Under the pieces are notes generated by a model that saw only the letters and a program-made list of their open reading frames with translations, was not told where the DNA came from and ran no database searches. 64,000 nt of DNA, taken from Patellaria atrata CBS 101060 (taxonomy: Eukaryota). The position numbers were made by a program, and so were the translations under genes. Shown here piece after piece: positions 63,435 to 64,000 of this stretch. Position 1 is the first letter of the stretch, and each line of letters starts with the position of its first letter. The stretch is from positions 818,011 to 882,010 of the forward strand of contig MU006089.1 in NCBI GenBank assembly GCA_010093705.1, read 5' to 3'.

Positions 63435-64000
63435 TCGGATAGCATGATTGCAACTCTAAGTAAGCTTTGAGGGGTGTTGATGATTCGATTATTGCTTTGG
63501 GTGTTCATTTGTCTCGACTACGGGTTCTAGTCTTCTGACTTGACGGTTTTTGCGGTTCCGATGACAAGGGTAGAGCTCTTTATTCCTTGATGAGACCGTT
63601 TTTTTTTTTGAAAAAAACATAATGAAGTCGATTACTAGGCTCTAAGTAGATGAAATCGATTGCTTTGGGTGTACTGATGAAGGTTCCAAGGTTCTGCTGC
63701 ATCGGGCGTGATTGCGAGATGTCGAGATACAGTACAGCCGGAAGCGAGTACGCCATCACCACGACAAGATAAGTCACATTCCCATGTTTTGAAAATAAAT
63801 AATGACAAGATTAGTTGAGTGATGAGCTTGTATATTCTCTTATATAGCGGCGAATGATTTAAGAACTGAGATAAATAGATAGAATAGATATAACTGGTTC
63901 AGGAGAGGAGATATATAAGGTAAGCAAACAAGGAGACACGATGGAATGCTGGTGTAAAAGATGCATGCTACAGTACCTGAGAAGGCGACGAGAGGACAAA

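Noticed and set aside
1..64000. tRNA, rRNA or snRNA genes
   Set aside because: None recognised by eye. tRNAscan-SE and Infernal would be needed to exclude intron-containing tRNAs or snoRNAs.

Overview
Gene-dense eukaryotic DNA from a filamentous ascomycete (Pezizomycotina). Introns are short GT-AG with CTAAC/CTGAC-like branch sites, so most genes are split across several ORF-track entries. I can support about 26 protein-coding genes, mostly housekeeping: an MFS permease cut by the window edge, a CAP/PRY protein, DGA1, PAR32-like, CFEM, RCY1, SWIB/DEK-C, a probable securin, tropomyosin, RRP17, a GH79 hydrolase, a stand-alone A-T-R NRPS-like reductase, ATG5, CSA/RAD28, a DenA-type deneddylase, CSI2-like, FCF1, MAK11, EAF1, a small SET protein, CYP15, an AT-hook/HMG-like orphan, MDM20 and a 2OG-Fe(II) oxygenase. 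I recognised no tRNA, rRNA, CRISPR array or intact transposon. Three non-coding signals are unexplained: (1) five degenerate 210-255 bp units with internal inverted repeats and a variable spacer (26460-27610); (2) a 10-copy, strictly 34-bp-phased but highly diverged minisatellite (7479-7802); (3) repeated sharp switches from C/A-rich to G/T-rich sequence that ignore gene boundaries. I cannot demonstrate a new multi-gene system from sequence alone. All gene calls rest on motif recognition by eye, not database searches, and exon boundaries are hand-predicted.
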